Assembly (NCBI RefSeq): GCF_006345805.1
Contig: NC_042997.1
Coordinates: 19,096,001 to 19,160,000 of the forward strand
Length of the DNA stretch: 64,000 nt
Direction: 5' to 3'
Origin: Octopus sinensis
Lineage: Eukaryota
Each line of letters opens with the position of its first letter. The first letter of the stretch is position 1. The notes under the pieces are model-generated. The model searched no databases, was not told the origin of the DNA, and saw only the letters and a list, made by a program, of their open reading frames with translations. A program made the translations under genes and the position numbers. Shown one piece after another: positions 1 to 12,455 of the stretch.

Positions 1-1580
1 CAAGATGAAATTTGTTATTAAATAAAATATAAGAGAAACAAAACAAGAAAATCATTCTTTGAAAATATTGCAATAAGCTTTAGTTGAGAATTTTCAATAA
101 TGATCAAAGAACATGTTTGCATGAAAAAATTGAGAAAATGTATCTATTTTCTTGCTAGAACACTGATAGGTTTTCTATCCCACAAACACTTTCAATATTA
201 CTGCGACAAAATAAAACCTTTCTAAAATTGTATCCAATAATATGCAATAAATATTACATTGGTTGTGTGTATAATAACCAAGCAAGAACATACTTATCAA
301 ATAAATTGTTGATAATATATTTTGATATATGTAGCTAGTGCTAAACAGTAGATGGTAATTTTCCAACAAGCCAAGGTTGAAGTGGAGTGTTAGTTATCAC
401 TTGCATCCATTTTCCTTCTCTCATGCTTTTCTTTGAAAAAGGCAATGAATGTCACAATTTCTCATTCCACTTAATATAATATATAGGATCTTCAAGTATT
501 ATATTGCCTCTAAAAAGTTTCTAAGTAGTAAAAAGAAGCAATGTATCTTGATATTAAATATGCAAACAGTAAATTAAAATTGTAATAAACTCTATATTGG
601 TGTATTTTTTGGTAGAATCAATATGCATTTATTTAAGAAGAAACATGGATGCATATAATCACCCATTAATATAGAAGTTACACTTATAGCCTTGTTTACT
701 GTTAATTTTGCACATCATTTGCTTAGTCTGCTATCAGTTTTCCTTAGAGATTACTTTCAATTTACACTGTAAAAGACATGTCTTATACCAAGTGCTAAGA
801 CTCATATAGATGCTGATCCTATGTTCCAGGTTATAGAAGTGAAACAAACAAGGTATAAATGTTCCATATTCATTATATGCCAGGCCATCACAATCAACAA
901 CCCCCAAAAACTCATTACTTATACTTAACCGCTAATTAAACCAAATTCATAGAGGTAATTGCTTTGTTTAATTACACAAAATACCATTGTGATTTGAACT
1001 CAAAATATTTGATCTGGTTGTTTAATTGTATATCTACTCAGTCCATTGCTCTGCAACATTTCGAGACTTCCAGAAAGTACATACATATTACAGCTTCCAC
1101 GAATTTCATTGATCCAACAGTGAATCATTTCCAGTTGTTATTCAAAACCATACTCTTTGATACAGGATACCTTTGAAGTTGAAGTTATTCACAGTATATT
1201 TTACACAAACAGTTAATTCATGTAGCTTTTATAGGTAGTTAAAGGATATATTTAAACTTAATACAATAGATGCTTGGCTAACTTCTCTTGATTATCAAAA
1301 CACCAAGGAAGATTTATTCACTAAGAATATCATTTTATAACACAAGCATTAATATTCACAAATGTATTGGCTGCTTTTCCCACTTCTGTATGTTTTTCAC
1401 GCATTGTTCGAATTACATTCCATTCCCGATTTCTGTAACCTGCTAACCGTAGGGCTTGTTTTCCTATTATTTTATTATTTCATTCACAGGTGGATCATAA
1501 ATAGAGAAATGGTTCCTAGAATATGCTTTTTGGAAATATTTGTTTGATTTTTTTTATGGTCAAGATATATATTAGGATAT

Positions 1581-1800
1581 ATCATCATTATCATTAATAT
1601 TTAATGCTCGTTTCCCATGCTGGCATGGGTTGGATGGTTTGAAAGGGCTGGCAAGCCAGAGGACTTCTTTAGGCTCTACTATCAAGTTTTGACTTGATTT
1701 CTACAGCTGGATGCCCTTCCTAATGCTGAGTATGTCAGCATACTTGGTGTATTTTATGTAGCACTGGCACCAATGAGGTCACCAAGTAACTTGCAATACA
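1581..1800 (-). mobile_element. Short copy of the RTE-LINE 3' tail ((GAT)n-tailed family B), degenerate
   Basis: (ATC)n followed by ...cccatgctggcatgggttggatgg...ctacagctggatgcccttcctaa, the reverse complement of the LINE 3' end at 15080-15285. Confidence 0.75.
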
Positions 1801-2522
1801 AAGATCTATTAGCTGAATGGGAGGAGTGGCATTGGGGTTGGTGGCTTTGTGCCAGGTGATGAGAGGTTAAACTATGACAGGGGGAACAGAAACAGGTGCC
1901 TTGCTGTAGAGGAGGTACATAGTTAACCTTATCAAGGAGAGTGAGAAGGGAATTAACAAGAATGCAAAAGAACAAAAGAAGAGGGGTTGGAGAGGAGAGT
2001 AGAAGGGGAATGCAGTGAGTGGTGAACATGGGTACATAGAGTAGAAACAGGATAGAAATGACACTGTTGGCAGGGGGAGAACAGGCGAGAGATGATTAAG
2101 TGGTGTTATCTTTCTGCCCACTACTGCAGGAGCAGTAGTGGGGAGAAAGATAAGCATAGTGCATGATGAAATGTAGTTTGGTTCGTTGGGGAAGGGGTGA
2201 ATTAATGTAATGTTTGGATAGAGAGCTCATAATATGCAGCACTTCCAGAACTCAGGTTTTGCTAAAGTGGGTAGGTCTTTTGAAGAACTTCATATCACCA
2301 GATGTCTTAGTCTATTGTCATAATGTGTGTGAAGTTCAACATCTGGAGATCAGCCCTCAATGCTTCCAGAACTCAGTTTTGCTGAGGTGGCTAGGTTTTC
2401 TCAGGAATCTCATATCACTTGACATCTCAGGCAATTATCATCTCCTCTGTGAGGCTGCAACATATATAAGTTTTATAGGGAAAATATACCACGAGGATGG
2501 AGGATAACAGACTTTAATAGTA

Positions 2523-2664
2523 GATCACATTTGTTTCTGCACCACACACCAGCTTTAAGATGTTGAATTAATATTCAAAGACAATTATAGAAGAACATTC
2601 TTTATAATTGTTATACAGATGAATGCTGCCCAGCAACAACCATGTGTGGGCACTTCATCAGGAT
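2523..2664 (-). ncRNA. Degenerate type I hammerhead ribozyme motif with long stem II (left arm)
   Basis: Minus strand: ATC CTGATGA AG TGC-CCACACA ...~110 nt... TGTGTGGTGCA GAAAC AAAT GT GAT. Stem II base pairs over about 10 bp; the H17 nucleotide appears to be deleted. Confidence 0.45.
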
Positions 2665-2737
2665 GGAATAAGATTAATTCCTGTTGGATTCTTGGGGTTG
2701 GGTTGTAAGAAAAATCCAACAGGAAATAATCATATTC

Positions 2738-2883
2738 TGCCCTGAAGATGTATCCACATATACCTGTTGCTAGGCAGCATTCAACTGTATACTAATTATA
2801 AAGAATGTTCTTCTATAATGATTGTTGAATGTAAAATCTGCAACTTAGAGCTGTTGTGTGGTGCAGAAACATATGTTGTGATC
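2738..2883 (+). ncRNA. Degenerate type I hammerhead ribozyme motif with long stem II (right arm)
   Basis: CTGAAGA (2742-2748), TGTATCCACA ... TGTGGTGCA, GAAAC (2866-2870), ATAT, GTT. Stem III is the palindrome ACATATGT; stem I is degraded. Confidence 0.5.
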
Positions 2884-3229
2884 AACTACTAAAGCCTGTT
2901 ATCCTCCATCTTCATGTTATATTATCCTTGTATTAATATTATGTAAAGAGGAGTTCCACATGCGAATCTAGCCCTGAAATATACCCCACTGTAGGATATC
3001 ATGGTAGCCAAATAGCAACATAAGAGCTCTTATATGCATACAACGAGGTTTTCACCCAAATTATACAAAATATATTTTATTATATATATATACATAATAC
3101 TAAATGTAGATGTATGCATGGTTTTATGTGTCTATTTATGAATATAGGAGTATGTATACATGTTGATGGTTGCTTAATAATTGAGTTTGTGTGTGTACAT
3201 TTGTGTATTTACACATGTGAATGGATATA

Positions 3230-4473
3230 CTGGGGTTGGACAAAATAATGGAAGCACCTAGCATCAAAGCATCATAATTTAGAAATATCTATAAAACCAG
3301 CAAAAGCTTGCTTATTTTTATGTTTTTTGATTTATTATTTGTGTTGCTAAATATGTTTTGCTAAAATTGCTGTTTCTTTTCAGATATCTTCAGAGAAAGG
3401 TAATTAAAATTCATTAAAATGACAGATCTATCGGACTTTCAAAGATGTCAAATTGTTGGTGCTCGTATGGCAGGCACTAGTGCAATGCAAACAGCCGAAA
3501 TGTTTGGTGTATCAAGAAGTATTGTCTTGAAAGTAATGACAGCCTTTGAGAAAGAGGGAAAAATCTTGTTGAAACAAAACTCCAGAAGAAAACCAAAGCT
3601 TTCAGATAGAGACCTTTGGACTCTTACATGAATTGTTAGAAAGGATCACAAAAATACAGCTCCCAAAATTTCTGCAAAGCTAAATGACCACCGTGAGAAC
3701 CCAGTTTCTATGGAAACTGTTCACCGAGAGCTGCACAAAGCCGGATTTCATGGGAGGGCTGCAATCAGAAAACCAGTACTTTCAAAAACAAACATTGCAA
3801 AGTGTTTAGTGTGGAGTAAAAACCTACAGAATTGGTTCCAAGAGTCATCCTTTACCCTATTTCCAACCATTGGCTGAGTATATGTGTGGAGACAGCCAAA
3901 AGAAGCATTTGACCCAGACTGCCTTCTTCCAACTGTTAAACATGGAAGAAGATCTGTAATGATCTGGGGGAGCTATATCTTGGAAATCCACCAGCCCAAT
4001 GCTTTCTCTTCATGGCAGAATTAATAGTGAAGACTATTTAATCATTTTATCTGGTCAAATTAATCCTATGGTTGTGGATTTATTTCTGGAGGGAAATGCA
4101 ATCTTTCAGGATGCTAATGCACCAATTCACACAGCTAAATTTGTTACTAAATGACATGAGAAACATTCTAGTGAAGTTGAACATCTTATCGGGCCACCAC
4201 AGCCCCCAGATCTCAATATTATTGAACACTTATGGTGCATTTTAGAAAAACAAGTAAGAATTTGATATCCTCCACCATCATTACTACAAGAATTGGACAT
4301 TGTTTTAGCTGCTGAAGAATGGACAAAAATTTCTTTGGAAACAATTCAAACTTTGTATGAGTCCATACCCCATAGAATTCAAGCTGTAATTACTGCCAAA
4401 GGCAGTCCTACCCCATATTAAAATAAATTCGTTTGAAATTTTAAGGTGTTTCCATTATTTTGTCTAACCCCTG
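3230..4473 (+). mobile_element. Tc1/mariner DNA transposon, near full length, inactive
   Basis: 30 bp TIRs at 3230-3259 and 4444-4473 (27/30 match), flanked by TA on both sides. Transposase fossil 3419-4421: MTDLSDFQRCQIVGAR (paired-like HTH), TVKHGRRSVMIWG, FQDANAPIH, PPDLNIIEHLW, GSPTPY*, with stops and frameshifts. Confidence 0.95.
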
Positions 4474-4706
4474 TATGTATAGAAGGAATGCCAAGACCTT
4501 ATTCGTAATAGAAATTATTTTTAAGGCTAAATAATGTGTCAAGTACTGTAATTTGATTCTACATTATATTGAGAACAAATAAGACTAAACAATCACTTCA
4601 GTAATTAAAATTATTTGTGTAATAATAAGCTAAATTAAAAGTGAACAATAAGATATAAAACTATAGATAAGCTGAAAAAAGCAACATAAAATGGATAAAG
4701 AATCAT

Positions 4707-4743
<37 letters not shown>

Positions 4744-6355
4744 TGGGGATTTTAACACTATATCTTTTGACTGCCAGGCAACTGTATTATCAGTTTAACC
4801 ACTCTTAATATGTATAATACAATTCTTTTTTCATACTAAGTATATTATTTGCTTTTTAACTGAACTGTTCCATCAACAGCATCATCTCAGCTACTTCACA
4901 AATAATTTGTCAGCCACTTATGTCAAGAAAGCAGGCCATTTCCACTAATATAGCCTGGCCTGCTAGTGCTAAGTGGTTGACAAATTAACTGTGAGGTAGG
5001 TGAGATGGTGACGGAGACTGAAAGGTTTTGTTAAAAAGAAGGGAGAGATGTTTATATCTAATTTAGGGAGGAGATATGAACTCATTGCTGTGCACTTGGT
5101 AATGCTATTTAACTAGCAAAGAGTAGATATCTGGTTTAAGTCCCAGCAGTAATTTTATTTTTGTTTGTATGTTTATAAGGATATAATGTTTAATAATGCA
5201 CCCAAACACACACACACACCAAGCATGTGTGTCTTTGTGTATGTGTGTGAGTGTATGTATACATGTTTGTTTAGGTGCTTGTTTACATCTTAGCTTCTCT
5301 ATAAATCACTGAGCTACATGTGTTGACATTGTTGTCATTTCACTTGTCATGAAATCATTCACTGGCATTGTGCTTTCAAAGATGTCTGGAATAGTCCCTT
5401 ACACAAAGGGTTAGTGACAGTCAGAACATCTATCCAGAAAACAATGCCCCAGCGATATATTTTGATGCATGCTAGGATGGGAAAAAATGGACATCAAAAT
5501 AGAACAGTATATATATTTGACATTAAACGCCAAGGCTGTACCATTTGTTGAATAACTCTTCAATGTATTTAACCTGCATATTTTCATAACATGACGATAG
5601 TTATTAAGCTCAAAAATGCTTAAAGAACCACACACCACACATATGATTACTAACAAAGAGAGTGGAGTGAGCACGTTGTTTTACCAACATTTGAAATCAA
5701 GAGTATTACTGTTATTAAATGATATATACAACTATAGACTTACCTTGTATCATTATATTGATATAATCAAATTTTGATTTATCAGAAGCATATATAAAAT
5801 TCATTTTTTCATTTTTGTCTAACTTGCGATGCACAAATGTATTCATGTAAACACACCTATTTACTATAGGTATAAATTCATGGTAATCTGAGTTCCTGAT
5901 GCATTGACATTTGATTATATCAAAATAAAGATAAGGCTTAAGTCTATATTTGCATATATTTTATAATGATATAGCAATATACTTGAGTTCAAATAGGGAT
6001 GAAACAATTATATATTATATAGTAAATTTACAATTGTTTCATCACCAACTTGTTCAGTCCACTTACCTTGTTAATATTCATATAAATCCTATGGATATTT
6101 ACAGATTTTCAGAAATATGATCCATTAAAGAGAAAAATCGACTCCAATTTACCCGGACGTTAAATGATGATGATGATATATATATATACAAAATTTAGAG
6201 GAATGACCACTAAAGTGGACACCCTATATGCTAAACATAGATGTCAAATCGTCATTACCATGAAGAATGTGTTCTCAAGAAAAAATCTCAGCAAAAGACC
6301 AAAATGTAAAAATAAGCAAGACAAATAAAGATATACGAAATAAAAAAATGATTAC

Positions 6356-6428
6356 CTACGTACCATGGTTTCACTTGTTAATATTTACGTATATGAACAC
6401 GCAAATATCTGCAAGATCATCAGCATAG
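6356..6428 (-). ncRNA. Type I hammerhead ribozyme motif, intact catalytic core
   Basis: Minus strand: CTATG CTGATGA T CTTG..ATATTTGCGT..ACGTAAATAT..CAAG T GAAAC CATG GTA CGTAG. Stem I CTATG/CGTAG, extended stem II, palindromic stem III ACCATGGT, GUA cleavage triplet. It lies at the end of a repeat spanning about 6185-6435. Confidence 0.75.
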
Positions 6429-7149
6429 TCTGTCGTTTACAAAACAAAATTTCTGGAAATTATGTTATGTGAACATAAAAACAAAGATGGTGATGATAAT
6501 GATGATGAATGATGATGATTATGATGATGAGATACAATGAATATTTTATGTCTGCATTCCATGCTAGCATGGGTTGGTTGGGTTTTTCTTGATACATTGT
6601 ATTGTGTTGAAGTGAGTGAAATCAACAGCAACAGATAAACATTTTGAGTAATGCACTTAAACTCTTAAACATGCAAATATGCATAGTTTTAATCACATAC
6701 CTATCTAAACACATACACACATGCACACACACACACATACACATACATATAACTATATATATGTACAGAGGGAAAGATGAGGAAGAAAAGAAAGGGAAGG
6801 AGAAAAAAGTTAGAGAGAAAGAAAGAGAGAGAGAGAAAGAAAGTCAATTGATTCAGGAAGCCAACCTCATCACATTTTTTGCTCACAGACGTCTGAAATA
6901 GGTTCTGGGTGTGAGGATTATGATAGACGCATTTAATATCCTAATCTAATAACTAGATGCAATTGCTGAATCAGACTGTGTATATTCTAAGATTTCTCCA
7001 AAACATTAAACTGAGTTATTTATCTATTTATTTTATATCACAAAAGAATTTGTACAAAGTTTCCGGCTTTCATTCTCGCTGATAAATATTGTCATAAAAT
7101 GTACACATGCATGCATACATGCATACAAACATAACTGCATAAACATCTC

Positions 7150-7307
7150 ATGTAGACATACATATATATGTTTGTATATGTCCATGTATACACACATATT
7201 TATATATATACATGCGTATACATTTATACATGTATATATATATATACATTTATACATGTATATATATATCTACTTTATATATTATATATACATATATATA
7301 TATATGA

Positions 7308-7349
<42 letters not shown>

Positions 7350-7640
7350 GCACACACTATATATACAAATATACATATGCACACACCTACATATATACAT
7401 GTATATATACACACATATTTATATATATAAATGTGTATACATTTATACATGTATATATATATCTAATTTATATATTATATATACATATATATATATATGA
7501 ATGTGTATATATATATATATAGATATACATATGCACACACTATATATACAAATATACATATGCACACACACCTACATATATACATGTATACACACACACA
7601 CACACACACACGCACACACACATATACACACACACAACAT
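7150..7640. repeat. Compound (TA)/(CA)/(TACA) microsatellite with internal higher-order duplication
   Basis: Seen directly; blocks such as cacacatatttatatatat..gtatacatttatacatgtat recur at about 7190 and 7410. Confidence 0.9.
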
Positions 7641-7818
7641 AAGATGATTAGCAGAAGGCCATCACTCAAAAGAACTCCATCTATAATAATGTAGAGTATA
7701 TTTCATTTATTGAAGTTCAAATAAATATTTTACAAATTTAATACATCATAAATTTTCAAAAGTAAAAAGATTTACTAATGTATTAAAGCACTTGCATAAT
7801 TGTAAAGTATTTAATTAC

Positions 7819-7849
<31 letters not shown>

Positions 7850-7945
7850 CATACACACACATATATATGTATGCATAAATATATATATATTGTACATGGA
7901 CATACATATACTCGCATATATATATTCTATATATATATATATATA

Positions 7946-8591
7946 GGCGCAGGAGTGGTTGTGTGGTAAGTAGCTTGTTTACCAACCATATGGCTCCGGG
8001 TTCAGTCCCACTGCGTGGCACCTTGGGCAAGTGTCTTCTACTATAGCCTCAGGCCGACCAAAGCCTTGTGAGTGGATTTGGTAGACAGAAACTGAAAGAA
8101 GCCCATCGTATATATATGTATATATATGTATTTCTTTACTACCCACAAGGGGCTAAACACAGAGGGAACAAACAAGGACAAACGGATTAAGTCGATTATA
8201 TCGACCCCAGTGCATAGCTGGTACTTATTTAATCGAGCACGAAAGGATGAAAGGCAAAGTTGACCTTGGCGGAATTTGAACTCAGAACGTAACGGCAGAC
8301 GAAATACCGCAAAGCATTTCGCCCAGTGTTCTAACGTTCCTGCCAGCTCGCCACCTTGTATGTATATATATGCGTGTGTGTGTTTGTGTGTCTATGTTTG
8401 TCCCCTAGCATTGCTTGACAACCAATGCTGGTGTGTTTATGTCCCTGTTACTTAGCAGTTTGGCAAAAGAGACCGATAGAATAAGTACTGGGCTTACAAA
8501 AGAATAAGTACCGGGGTCAAGTTGCTCGATTAAAGGCGGTGCTCCAGCATGGCTGCAGTCAAAAGACTGAAACAAGTAAAAGAGTAAAAGA

Positions 8592-8592
<1 letters not shown>
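7946..8592 (+). mobile_element. tRNA-derived SINE family A, interrupted by a family C SINE
   Basis: Head ggcgcaggagtgg(c/t)tgtgtggtaag (A-box-like) and ggttcagtccc (B-box-like), internal (TA/TG) tract, (GTAAAAGA)n tail. Same sequence recurs at 20887, 21387, 31555 and 59872. Confidence 0.9.
8131..8357 (-). mobile_element. tRNA-derived SINE family C nested in the family A internal microsatellite
   Basis: Reverse complement of the 54468-54699 copy; B-box gagttcaaattcc; family A sequence resumes at about 8360. Confidence 0.9.
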
Positions 8593-8652
<60 letters not shown>

Positions 8653-8719
8653 TGATATATATACTTTAGATATGTATAACCAGCACAGTATCATAGTATT
8701 GAATACACCAGGAAATGTT

Positions 8720-9110
8720 ATTGTACACTGCTATTTACAATGCACTTGCATTTCTGTCTTGATTGCACCATATTTTTACATCGTGACCCAAATCGCTTTA
8801 CTAAATTGTCTTCCCATCAACCTGGGGGCCTTTGAACTGGCTTTTTCTGATTTCTTGGATACCACTCTGATGTTGTCTGTGAGCCTTGCGATATGTCCAA
8901 CCCAGTGACAACTTGTGCTTTTAATATCCTGCAATTACATCATTCACTCTCTGTTTCTGTCTTGAATTGTCTCATTTAGAATATGATAATCCTATCATGG
9001 ATCTTTCCATAACCATTTATGTCATATTAAATCGATGGTCTATCCTCTTCATAGTATCCCACATATCACTTGCATATAAGAACCCAGGTAGGATGGTGCT
9101 AAAAAATAGA
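8720..9110 (-). mobile_element. RTE-1-type LINE ORF C-terminal fossil
   Basis: Minus-strand translation across frameshifts: ILPGFLYASDMW, MERSMIGLS, HWVGHIARLTDN, WYPRNQKKPVQRPPG*WED, matching the RTE C-terminal pattern LYASETW...WAGHVAR...WYP..KRP.GRP..RWED. Confidence 0.8.
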
Positions 9111-9851
9111 TGTAGATATATGTATTATTTGGTATCGTTAAGCAAAAACGCAAAATATTTACTGAGGATGAGATTCTATACATAAAACAGAGTAGAATTT
9201 ATAAATTAAGTTGCTTTGACTTTTATTTTATTTTATTTATTTTTTTTTTTTCATCTAGTTTCAGCTCACGAGCTGGGGCCATACTGGGGCACCGCCATTT
9301 GGTGTTGCTACATAATTTTACTTCATGAATGCTTTTTAGCTATTGACATTTGGTGCATGAGAGAGTTTGATGCAGCCGCCCTCATCTACACTTCCTGTCG
9401 CAAAGTTGGTTCATCTGGGGCATCAGGCTTCACTATTAAAGACTTATCCAACTAAATCGATTTATTAGCTTGCTAAGAGCAAATATCTGCAGTCCCAGTC
9501 AAATTAATATTATCAATGTGTGTGTGTGTGTGTGTGTGTCTTCATTCTTCTCATTAGTATCATTGTCTTACATTCACTTTTCAAGTTGACATGAGAGGAG
9601 CAGGTCATTGCTACTCTCTGAGAGGCATCAGGCAATTCATTATGATAACATATGACATGGTTTTTTACAGCTGAAAGCCCCCTCCTCACACCAACCATTT
9701 AACAGAGTGAACTGTATACATTTATTTTCAATGTTAATGACCACCCATAAATAAATGAAGACTAATGATTAAACTGTAATTAGGGAAAAAAATCACTTCA
9801 TAATAAATGCAGTACTTCTTTGTGCTTTTGAAAACAAAAATATATCTTAGG

Positions 9852-10077
9852 ATGTTCTGTTGCGTCTGGGGAGAGTCGTTTTCTTTTTGTGCCTTATAAT
9901 GTAACACACTCACCGGTAAAATTTCCACTTATTTCTTATTTTTATTTTCCTAAAATTTTTGTTGCGTCTTGCAACCTTTTCAATAGGAAAATAAAAACAA
10001 GTGGAAATTTTACCGGTGAGGGTGTTACATTATAAGGCACAAAAAAAAAATGACTCTCCCCAGACACAACAGAATAT
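9852..10077. mobile_element. Fold-back / MITE-like element with ~95 bp inverted arms
   Basis: atgttctgttgcgtctggggagagtc...accggtaaaatttccactt (left) versus aagtggaaattttaccggt...gactctccccagacacaacagaatat (right). A fragment of the same end recurs at about 35165-35210. Confidence 0.8.
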
Positions 10078-10811
10078 GCTTCAACACACAAACTCATTTG
10101 TAGAATCTTGCAAACCAAATCCAAAAACGAAATATCTTAGGAAGTTTCTTCTGATTTTGAATTATCACATAAAATTGAAATAAGATGAAATAATATAAAG
10201 ACGTGGAAAAATTTAAATAACTTTGCAAAAATAGGAAAATAATAATATAAAAAAAGAGAGGTAACCATTTAAAAACTTTGAGTTTAAAGTATAAAGATAA
10301 AAGACATGGTCAAGAATATTTTGGAGTAGTTGGATTGCCAAATGACTAAAAAGCGTCAGCACTGAAATAAAACAACATTTGAAGATTCTGTATAATAAGT
10401 TTAAGGGAACTTGTTAATGTTGCATGCTATCTCTACTAAATATTGCCGAATATCTTTAAAGTTCCCTATTATTGTTAAATTGATATTGCACCTGTAACGA
10501 CTAAACCTAAAAATATGGAGATGTTCCAAAATGGTAGAGCATTCACTTAATAAATGAAAGCACGACAACCTGAGGCTTATATTGACAAATTGTCATGTAG
10601 CACTTAAGCTAAAGGGATAAAATTGGCACCATAATCAAGTGCTATATGTTATATTAATACTAATTACAAGAAAGTCAAGAACATGAAAGAAGAAAAAAAT
10701 AAATGGAACGGTGCCAAGATTTATTAACTTTTCAAGAACAATATCAGGAAGCAATGAGAGAAACATTTTTTAAAATCAAGAATGAATAAAATCTGTATAT
10801 GCAGATATCGC

Positions 10812-11020
10812 CGCCTTGATTGGCTCCCATGCTGGTGGCACATAAAAAGCACACACTACACCCTCAGAGCAGTTGGTGTTAGGAAGAGCATCTAGCTGTA
10901 GAAACACTGTCAGATCAGACTGGAGCCAGGTGCAGCCTCCTGGTTTCTCAGACCCCAGTCAAACTGTCCAACCCACACAAGCATTGAAAATGGACGTTAA
11001 TTAATGATGATGACAATGAT
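10812..11020 (+). mobile_element. RTE-LINE 3' tail copy (family B)
   Basis: catgctggtggcacataaaaagcac...ggagccaggtgcagcc...ggacgttaa(t)gatgatgac; matches 15080-15285. Confidence 0.85.
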
Positions 11021-12037
11021 GGTGATGAAGATGTATTTTTTCTAGATTTTAAACTTTCAGCAAAATTAACACAAAATGATCATGAGTTAGGATGATGATT
11101 ATACAATGATGTTTAATCCAACCTGAAATCCTTAAAATCCTGTTTTAATACTTGGGTCATATGTAGTTTTCCTTACTGAAGTACATAACGAATAATGTTA
11201 TGACGAAATGAATACAATATTTTTTACTAAGATATTTCTACATGTACTTTAGTTTTGGTTCTAATAAGTTTCCATGATTTGCTTAATGTGATTATATTGC
11301 ATACAGCACATTACATATGATGTTTATTATATTTTCATAACTTGATTTTTTTATGCAAGTTGCACTTATTTGTTCTTGAAATTTAGTTCAATTGACCTGC
11401 AATCTACTCTCAAGAGTTCATTAAAATTCCTTCATGCTGTAGTTCTGTATGGGCTGAGATGGCTGGGCTTACCCAACTAGAAAAATAAACCTATTCATTC
11501 TTTTAGTAACCACACACAATATTCTGCATCTTGTGCAGCAGTCCAAGTGCAAATGATTCTGTTTACTGCACTAATACATTTAAGAAATGCACATATATTA
11601 CAAATTCCCATTTTCTTTTTTTTTTTCATTGTCATTCAAAGGTATTTGTACTGAATTAAGAAATCCTTCATAAATTTCTGTCAATGTAATTCATATGGAA
11701 TGTCATAATGTCAGAAATTTATTAAGTACTTCTTTTTTTTTTCACATAGTAAAAATAAAGTAATGTAAACAACAGTATCATTTTATATTCAAGCTCATTA
11801 TAAGCTCATTTTATAGAAATGTATTTTGAGTGTTGTTGTCTTGTACTCCAGTTTTAACAATTGTGTGACATGTCATAGTTTGCGTTTGTGCAGAAATCTA
11901 GAACTAGGATATTTTTTTTTCAATTTTTTAAAAGAGTTGTTTATCTAAACTAGCTTAGAATAGTTCAATAATTTTTATTTCCTATTTTATTTTCAATTTC
12001 TCTATTATATTGTATTATATACATAAATGTGTGAGTG

Positions 12038-12039
<2 letters not shown>

Positions 12040-12084
<45 letters not shown>

Positions 12085-12455
12085 GCAGATAAAAAGAAAG
12101 AAAAAATGGTAAATCAATAACAAGATAGATAAATAAATATAAAAAGAAAGAAATATAGATAGGTAGATAGATAGGTAAACAGATACATTGGCAGATAGGT
12201 AGGTAGGTAGGTAGGTAGATAGATAGATAGACAGACAGATAGATAGATAAAGAGATAGAGAGATAGATAGATAGATAGACAGACAGATAGATAGATAAAC
12301 AGATAAATAGAGAGAGAGATAGATAGATAGATAGATAGATAGAGAGATAGATAGATACATGGATAGATAGATAAACAGATAGATAGAAAGATAGACAGAC
12401 AGATAGATAGATAGACAAACAGATAGATAGACAGATAAATAGATAGATACATAGA
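12040..12455. repeat. (GATA)n/(GACA)/(GGTA) compound microsatellite
   Basis: Seen directly; it produces the YLSI-repeat ORFs in the ORF track. Confidence 0.95.

Larger units (their letters stand above)
2483..2923. repeat. ~440 bp imperfect palindrome (two inverted ~210 bp copies of one repeat)
   Basis: Left arm starts aatataccacgaggatggaggataacag (2483); reverse complement of the right end reads aatataacatgaagatggaggataacag. Internal blocks such as tataaagaatgttcttctataat and tgtggtgcagaaac match in both arms. Centre is near 2694-2708. Confidence 0.9.

Noticed and set aside
2232-2419. ~60 bp direct repeat pair (cttccagaactcag...catatcac)
   Set aside because: Probably decayed LINE fragments; too short and diverged to classify.
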